A stretch of DNA of 64,000 nucleotides from the NCBI RefSeq assembly GCF_006345805.1, contig NC_043010.1, positions 56,048,001-56,112,000 of the forward strand, written 5' to 3'. The notes under the pieces were generated by a model. That model saw nothing but the letters and a program-made list of their open reading frames with translations. It was not told where the DNA came from and ran no database searches. Of this stretch, positions 41,519 to 54,439 are shown in pieces; the first letter of the stretch is position 1; each line of letters starts with the position of its first letter. The DNA is from Octopus sinensis (taxonomy: Eukaryota). The translations under genes were made by a program, and so were the position numbers.

Positions 41519-43951
41519 ACAGACAGAAAGACAGACAGACAGACAGACAGAGAGGCAGGCAGACAGACAGACATACAGACAGACAGACAGACAGACAGAC
41601 GGACGGACGGACAGACGGATGGATAGATAGACAGACAGACAGACGGAGGGATGGATGGATGGACGGACGGATGGATGGATGGATGGATGGATATGAAGAG
41701 AAATGTTAGATAGAGAAAGACAGAGTAAGGAAGAGAGAATGATATCCAGTGAGGCAGAAAGACTTATTGATTTATCGATTAAGTGCATTTCTCGATATTT
41801 TCCTTTTCCCTTGTTCCTTTGCGAAGTGATACTGAAGGCAAGCAATTAAGTCGTTCTCTTTATGTCCACTTGGACACGGAGCTATTGGTGAGGAAGAGGA
41901 GGAGGAGGAGGAAGGAAGGAAGCCGTCTATAATTAACTGCTCTGTAGCTCTGTAAGCAAGCTTCTATCGACGAAAAACACCGTTTGCGCCGAAATAATTG
42001 ACTTGAGGTTGAAACGCCAAACTGCATTTGAATGAGTTTGCTTGGATTTACAGAGATTTGATCAGATCTGGTTAATGTTATCACAACCGAACCATTTCTA
42101 ATGCAGGGATAATTGGAGGTAGTGAATGGATGTTAAAGAATGGTTGATGAAACACCGGAAAGTAGTGATAACGAGTTCAATCAGTACTAAATAGATGTTG
42201 GTCACACAGGAAACACACAGACTTTATTGGTTGTTACTTAAATTTTAATGTTTAAGACTTTGAGTAATTTAATCCGATACTCGGTTGATTACCAGTACAT
42301 AATCCTTGGGTACATTTAGGGGTATGCTCGTCTCTCTCTCTCTCTTGCAGTATTCGGGCCAGGTCACTATATATATTGCCTGGAGTCCTGGAAAGGGTTG
42401 TGCCGCGCTGCCACCCTTTCTCTTTTGATTCATTACATTCTGAGAAGGAGGGACATCATCCATGACCTTCTCATACTAAGGAAATTAATGAGATTAATGT
42501 TGAGAAAAAATAGCCAAATCTCAATCAAATCACACTTTAAATGAAGGACACAATGGATAATGAAGTCCTACAAATGTCGAGAAGCAAAGAATGATCATGG
42601 TTAGAATACCTTTGACCATTGGTCTGCTAAGTCAGGTTTGAGATGGAGTTAAACAGTAACACTATCAACAATAACAACAACAACAACAACAACAGGGACA
42701 AGAACAAACAAGAATAGCAGCAACATCAATAAGGACAAAACGAAATTTGAGTCATTGCACCAACGGAGAAGAATGATTGGATAGTGGTGGGCCAGGTTGG
42801 TAAGAGTCGTGATAGAAATAAATACTTTTATTAAATAATATTTCTTAAGAAATAACTACATAGCACTTGACTGGATTCGAACGAGAAAACTTTATTTATA
42901 AATGAAAAGGCAGTAATGTCAGTGACTTCAAACATTCCTAGTAAAGGCTGCAGGATCGAATCCAGCCTAGCAAAATATAAATCAAGGCTAGGACAGAAAG
43001 AACATGACAAAAAAAAAAAACAACATACGGAAAAGCAGACGATAGCATAACAAAGGGGGGAAGTAAACAAAAACCAGACACACGGACCGTTCGCAGCAGA
43101 TTTCCTCATCAAAATGGATTTAGGAATAACTTATTAAAAACATAATTGTAAATCTATAGTTTGACGTCACGTAAACGCCAGATAATAAGGTAGGGTATTT
43201 AGGTCGGCGCTCTACCGTTCACGGCCCACCACCGACACCAACACCTGTAATAAGCCACACAGAAGTTATCTTAATTAGAAGAAGTCAGAACTCGAAATAT
43301 TTAACCTAATTAGTAGATAGTTCAAGATCATTAACATTGCATTTGTGGCACAGGACATTTATGCAGCACGGCAGTGTGGGGTGATGTCAGATTATGGTGG
43401 GGGAGGGGCTTATGTAGGCGGGGAGTAGGGGATATATGTGGACTGATAGTTTTAATCTAATACTGATCCTGGAGTCAGGGTTTCCTGCTGAAATATCTCA
43501 GAAACTAACCTTTCAGTTAGAAAACATATCAGGTCAACTGATGTCAATGGGTTATCTCCCTTGATAAGGGCATCTTGCAAATTTTACCTCCCACGTAAAG
43601 GTACTTCCCATTAAAAAAAGACGCCCAATATAAACACAAACATAACAGACAGACACACATACATTGTCATTTCTTTAGTAGTTCACTGTGGCCATGCTAG
43701 AGCATTACCATCAATCGATTCAATCGATTATATCGATTCCAAGATAGATTTTAGACTGATATTATATATCATTCACTACTTCCCGAATGGCTTGGTTAAC
43801 TTTCTGGCACAACTTTCTGGATCGTAACCTGGCACCAGCGGCGTGCAAAACCACCACCACACGGCAACAAACACAACAAAAGCCACAGGAATAAATATAT
43901 ATTCAAAATATATGTGTGTGTGTGTGTGTGTGCGTGTGTATATATATAACG

Positions 43952-44335
43952 ATAATAATCCTTTCTACTATAGGCACAAGGTTTGAAATTTTGGGGGAGG
44001 AGACCAGGATTACATCGACCCCAGTTCTCAGCTGGTACTTATTTTATCGACCCTGAAAGGATGAAATGCAAAGTCAACCCCGGCGGAATTTGAACTCAGA
44101 AAGTAAAGCATTTGCTTAGCAGCATTTCATCCGTCTTTACTTTCTGAGTTCAAATTCCGCCGGGGTTGACTTTGCATTTCATCCTTTCAGGGTCGATAAA
44201 ATAAGTACCAGCTGAGAACTGGGATCGATGTAATCCTGGTCTCCTCCCCCAAAATTTCAAACCTTGTGCCTATAGTAGAAAGGATTATTATTATTATTTT
44301 GCCCAGCGTCCTAACAATCCTGCCAGTCCGCCGCC
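43952..44335 (-). mobile_element. SINE containing a fold-back inverted duplication of itself
   Basis: Arms 43952-44108 and 44135-44291 (157 bp, 1 mismatch); the SINE 5' head resumes at ~44297-44335. Confidence 0.92.
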
Positions 44336-44350
44336 GTGTATAATAATCAA

Positions 44351-44415
<65 letters not shown>

Positions 44416-44452
44416 GTAACGAGTAGATGGATTTGGTATAAATATTTATTTA

Positions 44453-44556
44453 GTACAACGGTCGTTTCGACCCATCCTACTATTGTACTTTATGGGTGGG
44501 ACTCCTTTCAACATGCTGTGTTGCATCAATTTTGCAGTCTGGGTCTCATCAGGAAC
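44453..44556 (-). ncRNA. Type I hammerhead ribozyme motif, core intact, helix I weakened
   Basis: Minus strand: GTTC-CTGATGA-GACCCA-(65 nt)-TGGGTC-GAAAC-GACC-GTT-GTAC, then AATAAA. Confidence 0.7.
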
Positions 44557-44655
44557 ATCCTGATAAAGGATTGTGTCTCGTTAAAAATCCCAAACTATGC
44601 CAGTGCTCCACTCAACACTTCAACACACTAATCGACAAATACCCAGTAGTCCAGA

Positions 44656-44723
<68 letters not shown>

Positions 44724-44732
44724 GAGAGAGAG

Positions 44733-44766
<34 letters not shown>

Positions 44767-44924
44767 GGGGGGGTATTGGTATCCAGAAGACGCAAGGTGA
44801 CAGGTAACGCTATGTAAGTGTTATGGAAGGAACGTAGTTAACCTCTCGGTTCGATAATGATACGAGTGAGGAGTCTAATGCGGGTCTTGTGTGAGCGTGT
44901 GTATGTTAAATAAAATAAGATAAC

Positions 44925-45620
44925 AAAGCCAAGGCTGTGTGGAATTTTCAGGACATTTATATAAGGATGCGAAAACTGGCGTTAAGGTTGAGGCACCTCT
45001 GGCTTTACCTGGATGGGAAGCAGGTGTGGTCACCGCACGTCCGATTCTACCTTCCGCGGTTAACGTCCTTAACGGACATGGGTACATGGATCAAGCAGAG
45101 ACTTAAGCTGGGGGACTGGCAATTGGAGTGTCGCCAGGTGCTTCAGCTACTCTCTCGGGTGGGCAATGCCGGCAACAGAAGTTCCACCGCGTAATTCTAT
45201 AGCGGGTTAGTGGGATCTATATCAGAAGACGCCTTGGAGGAGACCCTGGGCTACGATGAAAATCAGTTGATCAACCTGTTCAGAAGAACGTTCGGGCCGA
45301 GGTATCTGGATAATTACCAGAAATCCTTGGCTTCGCAGTGCTTACGTGCGGCACTACCGGTTCGGGATAAACTGTCGAGGCACGGTAGTGCCGCCTCGCC
45401 GATATGCCCGAGATGCGAGTGGGACAGGGAAACTGTCTTGCACGTATTCGTCGAGTGTCCGGAGTTATCGGGACCGATAGCTTTTGTCGAACAACTGTTG
45501 TCAGTGATAGGAAGAGTACAACCATCAGCGGAGTCCATCATCGAGATTGTACCACCTCCTTCCCTTGAAAGAGAAAGGAAGGCTTGTTTCTTCTGCGTAG
45601 TAGCCATACTGAAAGAGACA
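44925..45620 (+). mobile_element. Tx1/L1-clade LINE ORF2 C-terminal fragment
   Basis: FRRTFGPRYLDNYQKSLASQCLRAALPVRDKL..CPRCEWDRETVLHVFVECP; homologous to 40833-41429. Confidence 0.85.
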
Positions 45621-46284
45621 GTATGTGTGTGTATGTGTGTATGTTTGTCCCACCGCCATCGCTTTGACAACTGATGTTGGTGTGTTTATGTCCCCATAAC
45701 TGAGTGGTTCGGCAAAACAGACCGACAGGCTTACGAAGAATAAGTCCTGGGTTTGATTAGTTCGACTAAAAACGATGCTCCAGAATAGCCGCAGTCAGAT
45801 GACTCAAATAAGTAAAAGAATAAAAGAATAAAAGAATATATAAAGGGTTTGTGCGCGCGCGAATATTCTCGTGGAGAATCTTCTGAGAAGAACGTGAATT
45901 GCTATGTCGGGTTTTGTCTGTGTGTCTGCGTGAACATGTTTTTAGTTAAAGGTACGTACGATGTCTATTCAACAATGTCCCCTTCTGTGAAGGTCAGAGA
46001 AGTTAGGGGGCGTTGTATATACAAAAGTTTCCAAACCTCAGACCGGGTGTAAAAACAAAGTCTGCTAGACACATGCTGTTGTTGTTGTTGTTGTGAATGG
46101 TTTATTCAGCGACAATCCACTCGGTGTGTTAATCTCCTGGCTTCACCCTCCACCTGACCTCTTCACCGATGGCTTCACACACACACACACACACACACAC
46201 ATATTGGCAAGAATTTACGCATGCGCTTCTACGTACTTCAAAACGGATGTATTTGTGTGTGTAAAGCAATCACGTGTTCAATGG

Positions 46285-46317
<33 letters not shown>

Positions 46318-46589
46318 ACAGACATATATATTTGTATGTGTTCATCCTTGTATCAATACACGACTAAAGATGTGTACACAGTTATGTGTATGGCCTCTCT
46401 CTGTCTCTATAGCCCTGTCCACATTGAAAGATCTCCGCCTTCTTGCTGCATGTATATCTATTTCTATATACCTACATTTGTTTTACTTGAAAACTGCGCG
46501 CGCGTGCGCAAGTGTGTCTGTATGTCTCTGTCCTTGTATCTATATTTTTCTATGTATGAGCATATATGTGTACATGTGGTGGTGTGCGT

Positions 46590-46647
<58 letters not shown>

Positions 46648-46984
46648 ATATACATACATACATAATACATACATACATACATACTACATACATACATACA
46701 TATATATGTATATATATGTATATATAAATATATACATACAAATACGAACTAATATATTTCCTAAATTTGCCGGGAGAAACAGGTTAGTTAGCTGGTGTAA
46801 TCAGCAACACAGTTACATAAACAAAGGGAGTGGGTTCGAGTCTAACGCATATGGCAAAACCTACTTTTTTTTTCCTGTCTAAGGCTTATATCCCCGTTAT
46901 TAGACTATCAGCGTATGACTAGCCATGTTTACGTGTTTACTATGAACTTTTAATCTTATTTTATATAAGTAGCAGAATTATAAC

Positions 46985-47204
46985 ACAGTAATTTCCCTTT
47001 ATATAACGGTATTTTTTCATAGCGTTTTTCAGATGGCCAGATAACAGAAGAGATGGTGTTGTGGATTTCCACTTCGGCATCTGAAACTCAGAGTTTTATC
47101 TTGACTATTGAGTAATTGTAACATATTATTTTACAGATAAATTTCCTCTATTTACATAAAATTGAGGTCTCTTTCTTTCTTTTGTTATCTTACCGTTTTT
47201 ACCA

Positions 47205-47205
<1 letters not shown>
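46985..47205 (+). mobile_element. pLTR-like module (family 2) with near-intact hammerhead at 47040-47100
   Basis: GATAA-CAGAAGA-GATG..CATC-T-GAAAC-TCAGA-GTT-TTATC; homologous to 51685-51880. Confidence 0.6.
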
Positions 47206-47241
<36 letters not shown>

Positions 47242-47329
47242 ATATATATTATATATATATATATATTGCCGAGAGGAAGGAGCTAGATTTTAGCAAATTC
47301 TTGTTATCTACATTCCAGCGATGAAGTGT

Positions 47330-47698
47330 CGGTAGCAAAAACAAATTCACATTTTCAGCTGGAGAAAAACGCTTGCATACTTTTATTGTTCCACTTACGG
47401 ATTGTATTTGTAACGTGCGAGTTAGTTGGTCCGTAGCTGTTTCTGAAAACCCTAGCTTATCCAGATTTTCACTTAGGCATTTCCTCACAAAAACAAGTAC
47501 ACCAGTTATGATTGGTATAAATGTAAATTTGTACACTGGATGCAGAAGCTGGATACTTCGGAGCAGTTGTCCATAGTTATTCTCTTTATCTTCAATTTTC
47601 AGAGAGATAGTCACATCCACAGGGCAGCTGACCCCTATGACCTAACTATCGACTGGTAGGATAGTGTTCTCTTCACTTTTCAGTACTATCTGTCTATC

Positions 47699-47785
<87 letters not shown>

Positions 47786-48120
47786 GTCTGTCTGTCTATC
47801 TACCTGTCTGTGCTACAATTGTTTAGCAGGTGAGAGAGATTTTATAACATTCAAAGGCTGTCTGCCCTCATCTCAAGCCCCTACCCATCTTCTGAGGTAG
47901 AGGTTGTCGATGTCTCTCTTTCCGTGAAAATTTCCTTTTGACATCAGCATCTTGCGGGTTTTAATGTCAATGGAAGTGGATTTCCTCTTCAGACCAGTCA
48001 GGTCTCCTAAATGTTGGTATTAGCACTGGTATTGCAAATGCATTGAGGGATGTCTTATTATAAGAGAGAGTTCCTCCGACTGCCATTTTTTTTTCGAAGT
48101 TTGGTGTAATATTTACGACT
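47330..48120 (-). mobile_element. R4/Dong-like LINE fragments related to family C, split by (TATC)n
   Basis: SCPVDVTISLKIEDKENNYGQLLRSIQLLHPVYKFTFIPII; IDIKTRKML remnant near 47950. Confidence 0.7.
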
Positions 48121-48612
48121 CATTCTATGTTCATTCCCAGCATCTTTGTTTTCGGGAATCCCTCGCTGTTTGCAGCATTCTTTGTGTGGAACACAAGCGA
48201 CAGGCCAATCGTTAATTCACTGGTTTTCGGTGCGACGGATTGATTTTCCGCGTTCGGCAATCGGGTGAGAACAATTCTTTTGTTCAAATTCTATGCATGC
48301 TTGTATGTATGTATGTATGTATATGTTCATGTGTACACTTTTTTTTTTCATTATCCGAATTGTTCCAAGAAGGAAGCAGCTGGTTTTTATCAGCCAAATA
48401 AAAACTCTTTTACTGAATATTTCGATAACAACAACGTTACATGTTGAATTTTAGGAAAGTCTTTTAACTGATCCACTTTCGGATTGTATTGTAATGCGTA
48501 GGTTAAGCAGTGACAGGCTTTGTGGGAAACTCCAAGATTATTAAACATTTACTAACATTGCTTCAACTACAACAATAACTATTACAAGCAGGAGTGAGAA
48601 ACTGTATTTCAC

Positions 48613-48616
48613 TATG

Positions 48617-48647
<31 letters not shown>

Positions 48648-49204
48648 TGTATGCATGAATGTATGAATGTATGTATGTATGTATGTATGTATGTATGTAT
48701 GTATGTATGTATGTATGTATGTATGTATGCATGAATGTATGTATGTATGTATGTATGTATTATGTATGTATGTATGTATGAATGTATGTATGAATGTATG
48801 TATGTATGTATGTATGTATGTATGTATGTATGTATGTATGTATGTATGTATGTATGTATGAATGTATGTATGAATGTATGTATGTATGTATGTATGTATG
48901 TATGAATGTATGTATGTATGTATGTATGTATGTATGAATGTATGTAGTATGTATGTATGTATGTATGTATGTATGTATGTATGTATGAATGTATGTATGT
49001 ATGTATGTATGTATGTATGTATGAATGTATTATGTATGTATGTATGTATGTATGTATGTATGTATGAATGTATGTATGTATGTATGTATGTATGTATTTT
49101 TGTATGTATGTATGTATATATTTTTGTATGTATGTATGTATATATTTTTGTATGTATGTATGTATGTATGTATGTATGTATGTATGTATGTATGTATGTA
49201 TGTA
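48613..49204. repeat. ~590-bp (TATG)n microsatellite with TGAA and TTTT variant units
   Basis: Direct repeat directly abutting the LINE 3' end. Confidence 0.95.
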
Positions 49205-50430
49205 TATGACATGCTCATATATATTTAAATGGTAAACTTCTGGAAAGTTCTACAGATTTTTACAGTTCCATTGATGGATTAGGTTTGTAGTCTTCTTTCT
49301 GGATTTGAGAAGCCTAATTTCTCAAGATTGGTATTTAGGCAACGTGTTATATATCCCAGGGCCCCAATAATTTCAGGTATAAACCCAAACTTGTAATCTG
49401 GATAGAGTAACTGCAGATTTCTCAATAGTTCAGCATAGGTGTTCTCTTTTTCATTGATCTTCAGTTTTATGTTAACATCCCCTGAGCAGCTCATTTCCAC
49501 AACTGTACACAGTTTCTCTTCTCTATTGCAAATCATTATATCAGGTCTGTTGTGCTTACATTTTATTGAGGTATTCACTGGGACATTCCACCAGTACTCC
49601 TTTTTTATAGGTGGCTATGGCTTTACCATACTGTGGGCTCTTATTTCTTTGTCTTTGGGGTTATCCTTTTGATGGATTTCATTATAGAGTGTCCTAGCTA
49701 CAACATCATGTCTCATCGATAGATAATACTGAGATGACATTTTCAGACAACTACTTATGATGTGGCTGATATCTTCGGTGTTAACTCTACAAAGTCTGCA
49801 TCAGTTGTCACATTTTACTGCTCTTCCTGCATCTCTATCCCTTTTGTACATCAGGTACTTGGTTGATATTTCCTGTTCCTGGATTGCAACAACATACCCA
49901 TCAAAGTGGGAGGTAGTAATCCGGCTATTGGTCCATGATAGATTGCTTTGATGATCAATGTTACTCTCATCATGGAGCTTTCTGCTAACATGTCCATGCA
50001 TAGTCTTCTGTGCATATAAACTCATCCTTTCATCTGATGATATGTCGCGGTAGAGTCGTGCGACTTCTTTGCACATGTGTTCTAGGTTATAAGACGAATA
50101 GTGTTGCTCAAGGGGCTACCTTCCAAGTCTTATGATGTTATCAGCCCCATGTATGCAAACTTGGTCAAGGGATATGATACGACATTCAAAAGCATTTTGG
50201 ATCGATGTTAAGCCTCTGCCGCCTTGTTTTCGTTTTGGGTAGAGGCGGTCTACGTCACTGTTTTTGTGGAAATTATGTTTGCTTGTTAGTATTTTTCGGG
50301 TTTTCATATCAATGGCTCGGATCTCATCAAGCGTCCAATCAAGCAGCCCAAATGTCGGTATGAGTACTGGCACTGCAAACACATCGTGGGCCACTGTTTT
50401 ATTGAACGCAGAGAGTGCTGAAGTCTACAT
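49205..50430 (-). mobile_element. R4/Dong-like REL LINE 3' fragment (family C)
   Basis: FAVPVLIPTFGLLDW..SDVDRLYPKRKQGGRGL, AIQEQEISTKYL, RHDVVA, KHNRPDIMI..VVEMSC..EKENTYAELL. Confidence 0.9.
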
Positions 50431-50615
50431 TTTCTTTATTTGGCTATGTATGTATGTGTGTGTGTGTGTGTGTATGTATTTATGTATGTATGTATGTATT
50501 TATGTATGTATGTATGTATGTATGTATGTATGTATGTATGTATGTTCTGTCTCGTGATAAACCCACACAATGCATACACACTCGCACTCCATTGTGTGTG
50601 TGTATGTGTGTGTAT

Positions 50616-50653
<38 letters not shown>

Positions 50654-51131
50654 TTACCAGTCTTGTTCTCCAGTGGTTCCCTCTTTCTAACTGCTCAGAG
50701 TCTCTCCCCTTCTGCCATTAACTGACCCTGTGCTACACCCATAGATACCATTAATTTAAAACGAAACCGTTTTACTATTTCTATTGTCTTATAATTGCAG
50801 TTGTACATTCAAAGTACTTCTAGTCACTTCTAAAACGACCGATTATTCACAGTCAAAACCGTTTACCCCCCCCCCTCCATTCTCTAAAGACTTCACTGTG
50901 GAACTGTAATGGACTCATATTTCGTTATAACTTAATATATTATCAATATATTGGAATATTGTCTTTTTTTTTTTTCAATGACATTAAGTCATCCCAGGAG
51001 ATAATAGATGATATCACGCCTCCATGCACATATGAAATAATTTTCCAATTGTATAATATTTTCCGGGTCTTGTGTGTCTCAAGTTTATATACATCACCGG
51101 AATTTCTAGTCCTTAAATATGTATATTTTTA

Positions 51132-51209
<78 letters not shown>

Positions 51210-51239
51210 TGCCTATACACACACACAAACCATAAAAAG

Positions 51240-51630
51240 TGAGGAGGTATGCGAGGTGAATATCTTTATTTAACCACTTGTCGTCCACAGGATTACGCCT
51301 GTTTCGCAGCCTTCATTTTCTAATAATATATTTCAGTGTAAAATAAATGATGTTTACATGTCAGCATTGTGCTATACAATGGTATATTTATGAATCAAAT
51401 GCGGATAAAGAAGGCTAGCTCATCAGATCACCAGTACATCGTGGTTACACCACTTCTTCAACTCTAAGTATACATGAAAAATTTACTCTTTATATATACA
51501 ATGTATGGAAGACCAACACTACATAAAATTAGCTATGCATGCTCAGTAAAGAATAAATAGATTTTGTTTTATATCAATTAAGAATGATCAGGGAACTGAC
51601 CATTCTTAATGTTAACAAAAAAGAATCGAT
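51240..51630 (-). mobile_element. Solo pLTR-like module (TATA - hammerhead - AATAAA)
   Basis: Homologous to 31160-31300 plus 32561-32810; bounded by (GT)n tracts; no ORF. Confidence 0.8.
51291..51429 (-). ncRNA. Type I hammerhead ribozyme motif with intact core and 95-nt loop II
   Basis: Minus strand: GAT-CTGATGA-GCTAGCCTTC-(95 nt)-GAAGGCTGC-GAAAC-AGGC-GTA^ATC; all conserved core nucleotides present; predicted cut between 51294 and 51293. Confidence 0.8.
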
Positions 51631-51684
51631 TCTAGTACTTATTTTTGATTTTGTGTGTGTGTGTGTGCATGAACGTATACATGT

Positions 51685-51880
51685 TTTATTCAACGGTTTT
51701 TCATAGCGTCTGTTGCCATTATTAACCAACGAGAATTTATCGTAGCTCTCCGCTCCGACATTCGAAACTCCGAGTACTATAATGACAAACTTTTACTGTT
51801 TGTTCCAAATTATAACATATACAAATAATCCTCCATTTATCTAATATCGCGGTCTCATTCTTTTGGTATTACTTTTTATT
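51685..51880 (+). mobile_element. pLTR-like module (family 2) with degenerate hammerhead
   Basis: CCAACGA-GAAT..ATTC-GAAAC-TCCGA-GTA; flanks match 46985-47205. Confidence 0.55.
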
Positions 51881-52049
51881 ATATATATATATGTTTTATA
51901 TGCATGTATATAAGTATATGTTTTAACGTATGTAATATATGTTTGTTTCTTCGTATATATTTATACAATATGTATATATTATATATGTATATGCATCTAT
52001 ATATATATATTTATATATATATATATATATATACACACACATACATACA

Positions 52050-52188
52050 CACGTTCTTTTCCTGGTTTCAATCATGGACTGCAGCCATTCTGAGACATGA
52101 CCTTGAAAGGGTTAGTCGAACAAATCATCTTCACTGTTTGTTAAACTTGGTACCTATTCTATCGGTATATTTTGGGAACAAACGCAGA

Positions 52189-52232
<44 letters not shown>

Positions 52233-52410
52233 CACACACACACACACACGACGGGCTTTTCATACAGTTTTCGTCTATCAGATCCACTCGCAAGGCATTG
52301 GTTGGTGTGGGGTTACGGTAGAAAACACTTGTCCAAGTTGCCAAGCTGTGGAGCTGAAACCGAAATCACGTGGTTGTAGTTACGTAATCACGTGGTTAAC
52401 TCCAAAGCCA
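52050..52410 (-). mobile_element. tRNA-derived SINE (family of 32900-33295)
   Basis: Shared body CGGGCTTTTCATACAGTTTTCGTCTATCAGATCCACTC and internal (AC)n. Confidence 0.65.
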
Positions 52411-53102
52411 TGCGTGTATCTCGAGAAAATAGGATTGGATGTTCGTGGCTGGACTGGTTTTCATTATAGATCCGCTGAAAGACGTCTAACCACGGGTACA
52501 ACAACAACAAGAGTACATCGGTGACTAACCGCTACCCTGAAACTAGTAAATATTATATTGCCTGTAAAATGCTGGCGATAAATTTCTTAATCCCTAATTT
52601 CCATTTTATGGCCGTATTTTTCCCTTACATTTCAATCAGTGACTCTCCTTATGTTATTGCTTCTCCCATTATGGATTACTGTAGCATTTCACTGAACTCA
52701 CTCTATTTTATGGCCGTTAGCTGGCACTTAATTAAATATTTCACGCCAAACAACTCCCACACAACACTCCACTGACTTATATTTATATACGCACACACAC
52801 ACACACACATAGAAATGTGTACACACTCACACAAGCATACCCATACGTTACGTCTTTGTGTAGGCGTATGTGTCTATTTGAATGTATATTCATCTTTGGC
52901 TACACACATATTTTCAATCATCCATACATACACACAGTAACATATATACATACAAACATATATACACATCCACTTTTAGGTGTGTATAGATCATTTTTAA
53001 ATATTATGTATAGCTTTACATCTATATTAATTTGTTATTGAGGAAGGGATATCCATTAACATTTATGATTAGATACATATATGCATACACACACACACAA
53101 TG

Positions 53103-53168
<66 letters not shown>

Positions 53169-54090
53169 CCTATAAATATACGTATGTAATATAATATTGT
53201 GTATACACACACACACAGACTTATCAGAACTCAATACATTGCCTAGAATAAATATTTGTTGTAAAGATAGAATACTTCTTAACATAGAGGTCGCTGTAAT
53301 TTGTACCTGTTGTTGTATAAACCCGATGAGATTTAATTAATCCATATTCTGATCTTTCAAATACTCTGGATGACTTAATAACGCCGTTGTATATCTCTTG
53401 GGTCCTGGTTTCCAAGGTCGACTCTAAGTCCTGACTATGCCCCCTTCGTTGTATTATCTCCTCCCACCATCTCTTCTCCTGCTACTCCCCAGGTTTCAAC
53501 TGGCTGCTCCTCCTACCACAACCACTCGGGACTATGTCATTCAGTTCTTTCTCCTCCGCCCGTCACTCATCTGGATCTCCAAGGGCCATATGGATCTCCA
53601 GCTGAGAATCTCTGATTTACAGCCAGACCCCTTCCCAACGAAGCCACAACCGTTGGTCTCAGCCAACGAAGGCGCTTTTTCTTGACCGCTTAGAAATAGT
53701 AGCCAAATTTTCCTCAAGCCACACTCTACTGTTAATACTGCAATTCAGTGTACAAAAAGCGCGCAAACAAGTCAGATTATCGTGATCGAACAGACACTCC
53801 AACCACGACCACCCAGATGAACAATTGCTTTAACCTCAAACAAACCGAAAAGAGACAAAGATTGCTTATTGAATTTTAGTTGTGAATAAACATAGAACTA
53901 ACTTTAAAATGTTTAATTTATTTTAATAAACGTTGTCATTTCTTTTAAAGATCAGTGATTTCTAGCGGTGTGTGTGCCTGTGTGCGCGCGCGTATGTGCG
54001 TCTGTGTTGTGCACATGATTAATCATATGTGTACGTGTGTGTACGTGTGTATGTGCGTATAAATGTGTGTGCGTATGTGTGTATATATAA

Positions 54091-54121
<31 letters not shown>

Positions 54122-54234
54122 AGTATATATGTGTAAGTATATGTGTATGAATATGCATCTATATTTGTAGCAATAATCTATCCATCCATCATAAATAAGA
54201 AAGCAAAAAAAGTGTTTATCCCATCCTTAATGAC

Positions 54235-54335
54235 CAGTTCTAATTGTTTCGGTGCCAATTCACGTAAAAGTTCCACGTGAAAACTTACATAATGTTTGCG
54301 CTTTTGAACATTAGAGGGACACCTCTTAAGACTTG
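54235..54335 (-). ncRNA. Degenerate hammerhead motif with long loop II
   Basis: AGT-CTTAAGA-GGTGTC-(61 nt)-GGCACC-GAAAC-AATT; core G5 mutated and cleavage triplet damaged. Confidence 0.45.
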
Positions 54336-54439
54336 CATCAAAGGGGCACGCTTAGATTGAGCGTCCGGCACAATGGGTTATATTTTTTTAATCTTTCATT
54401 TTCGGCTATTTTTCCCCCTTTTATTTCGAATCTTGCCTC

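Noticed and set aside
46093-46882. Long ORFs of 190-206 aa (also 51904-52524, 62452-62946, 40112-40555)
   Set aside because: Open only because they run through stop-free microsatellites and SINEs; products are YI/HT/CV/LSIY repeats
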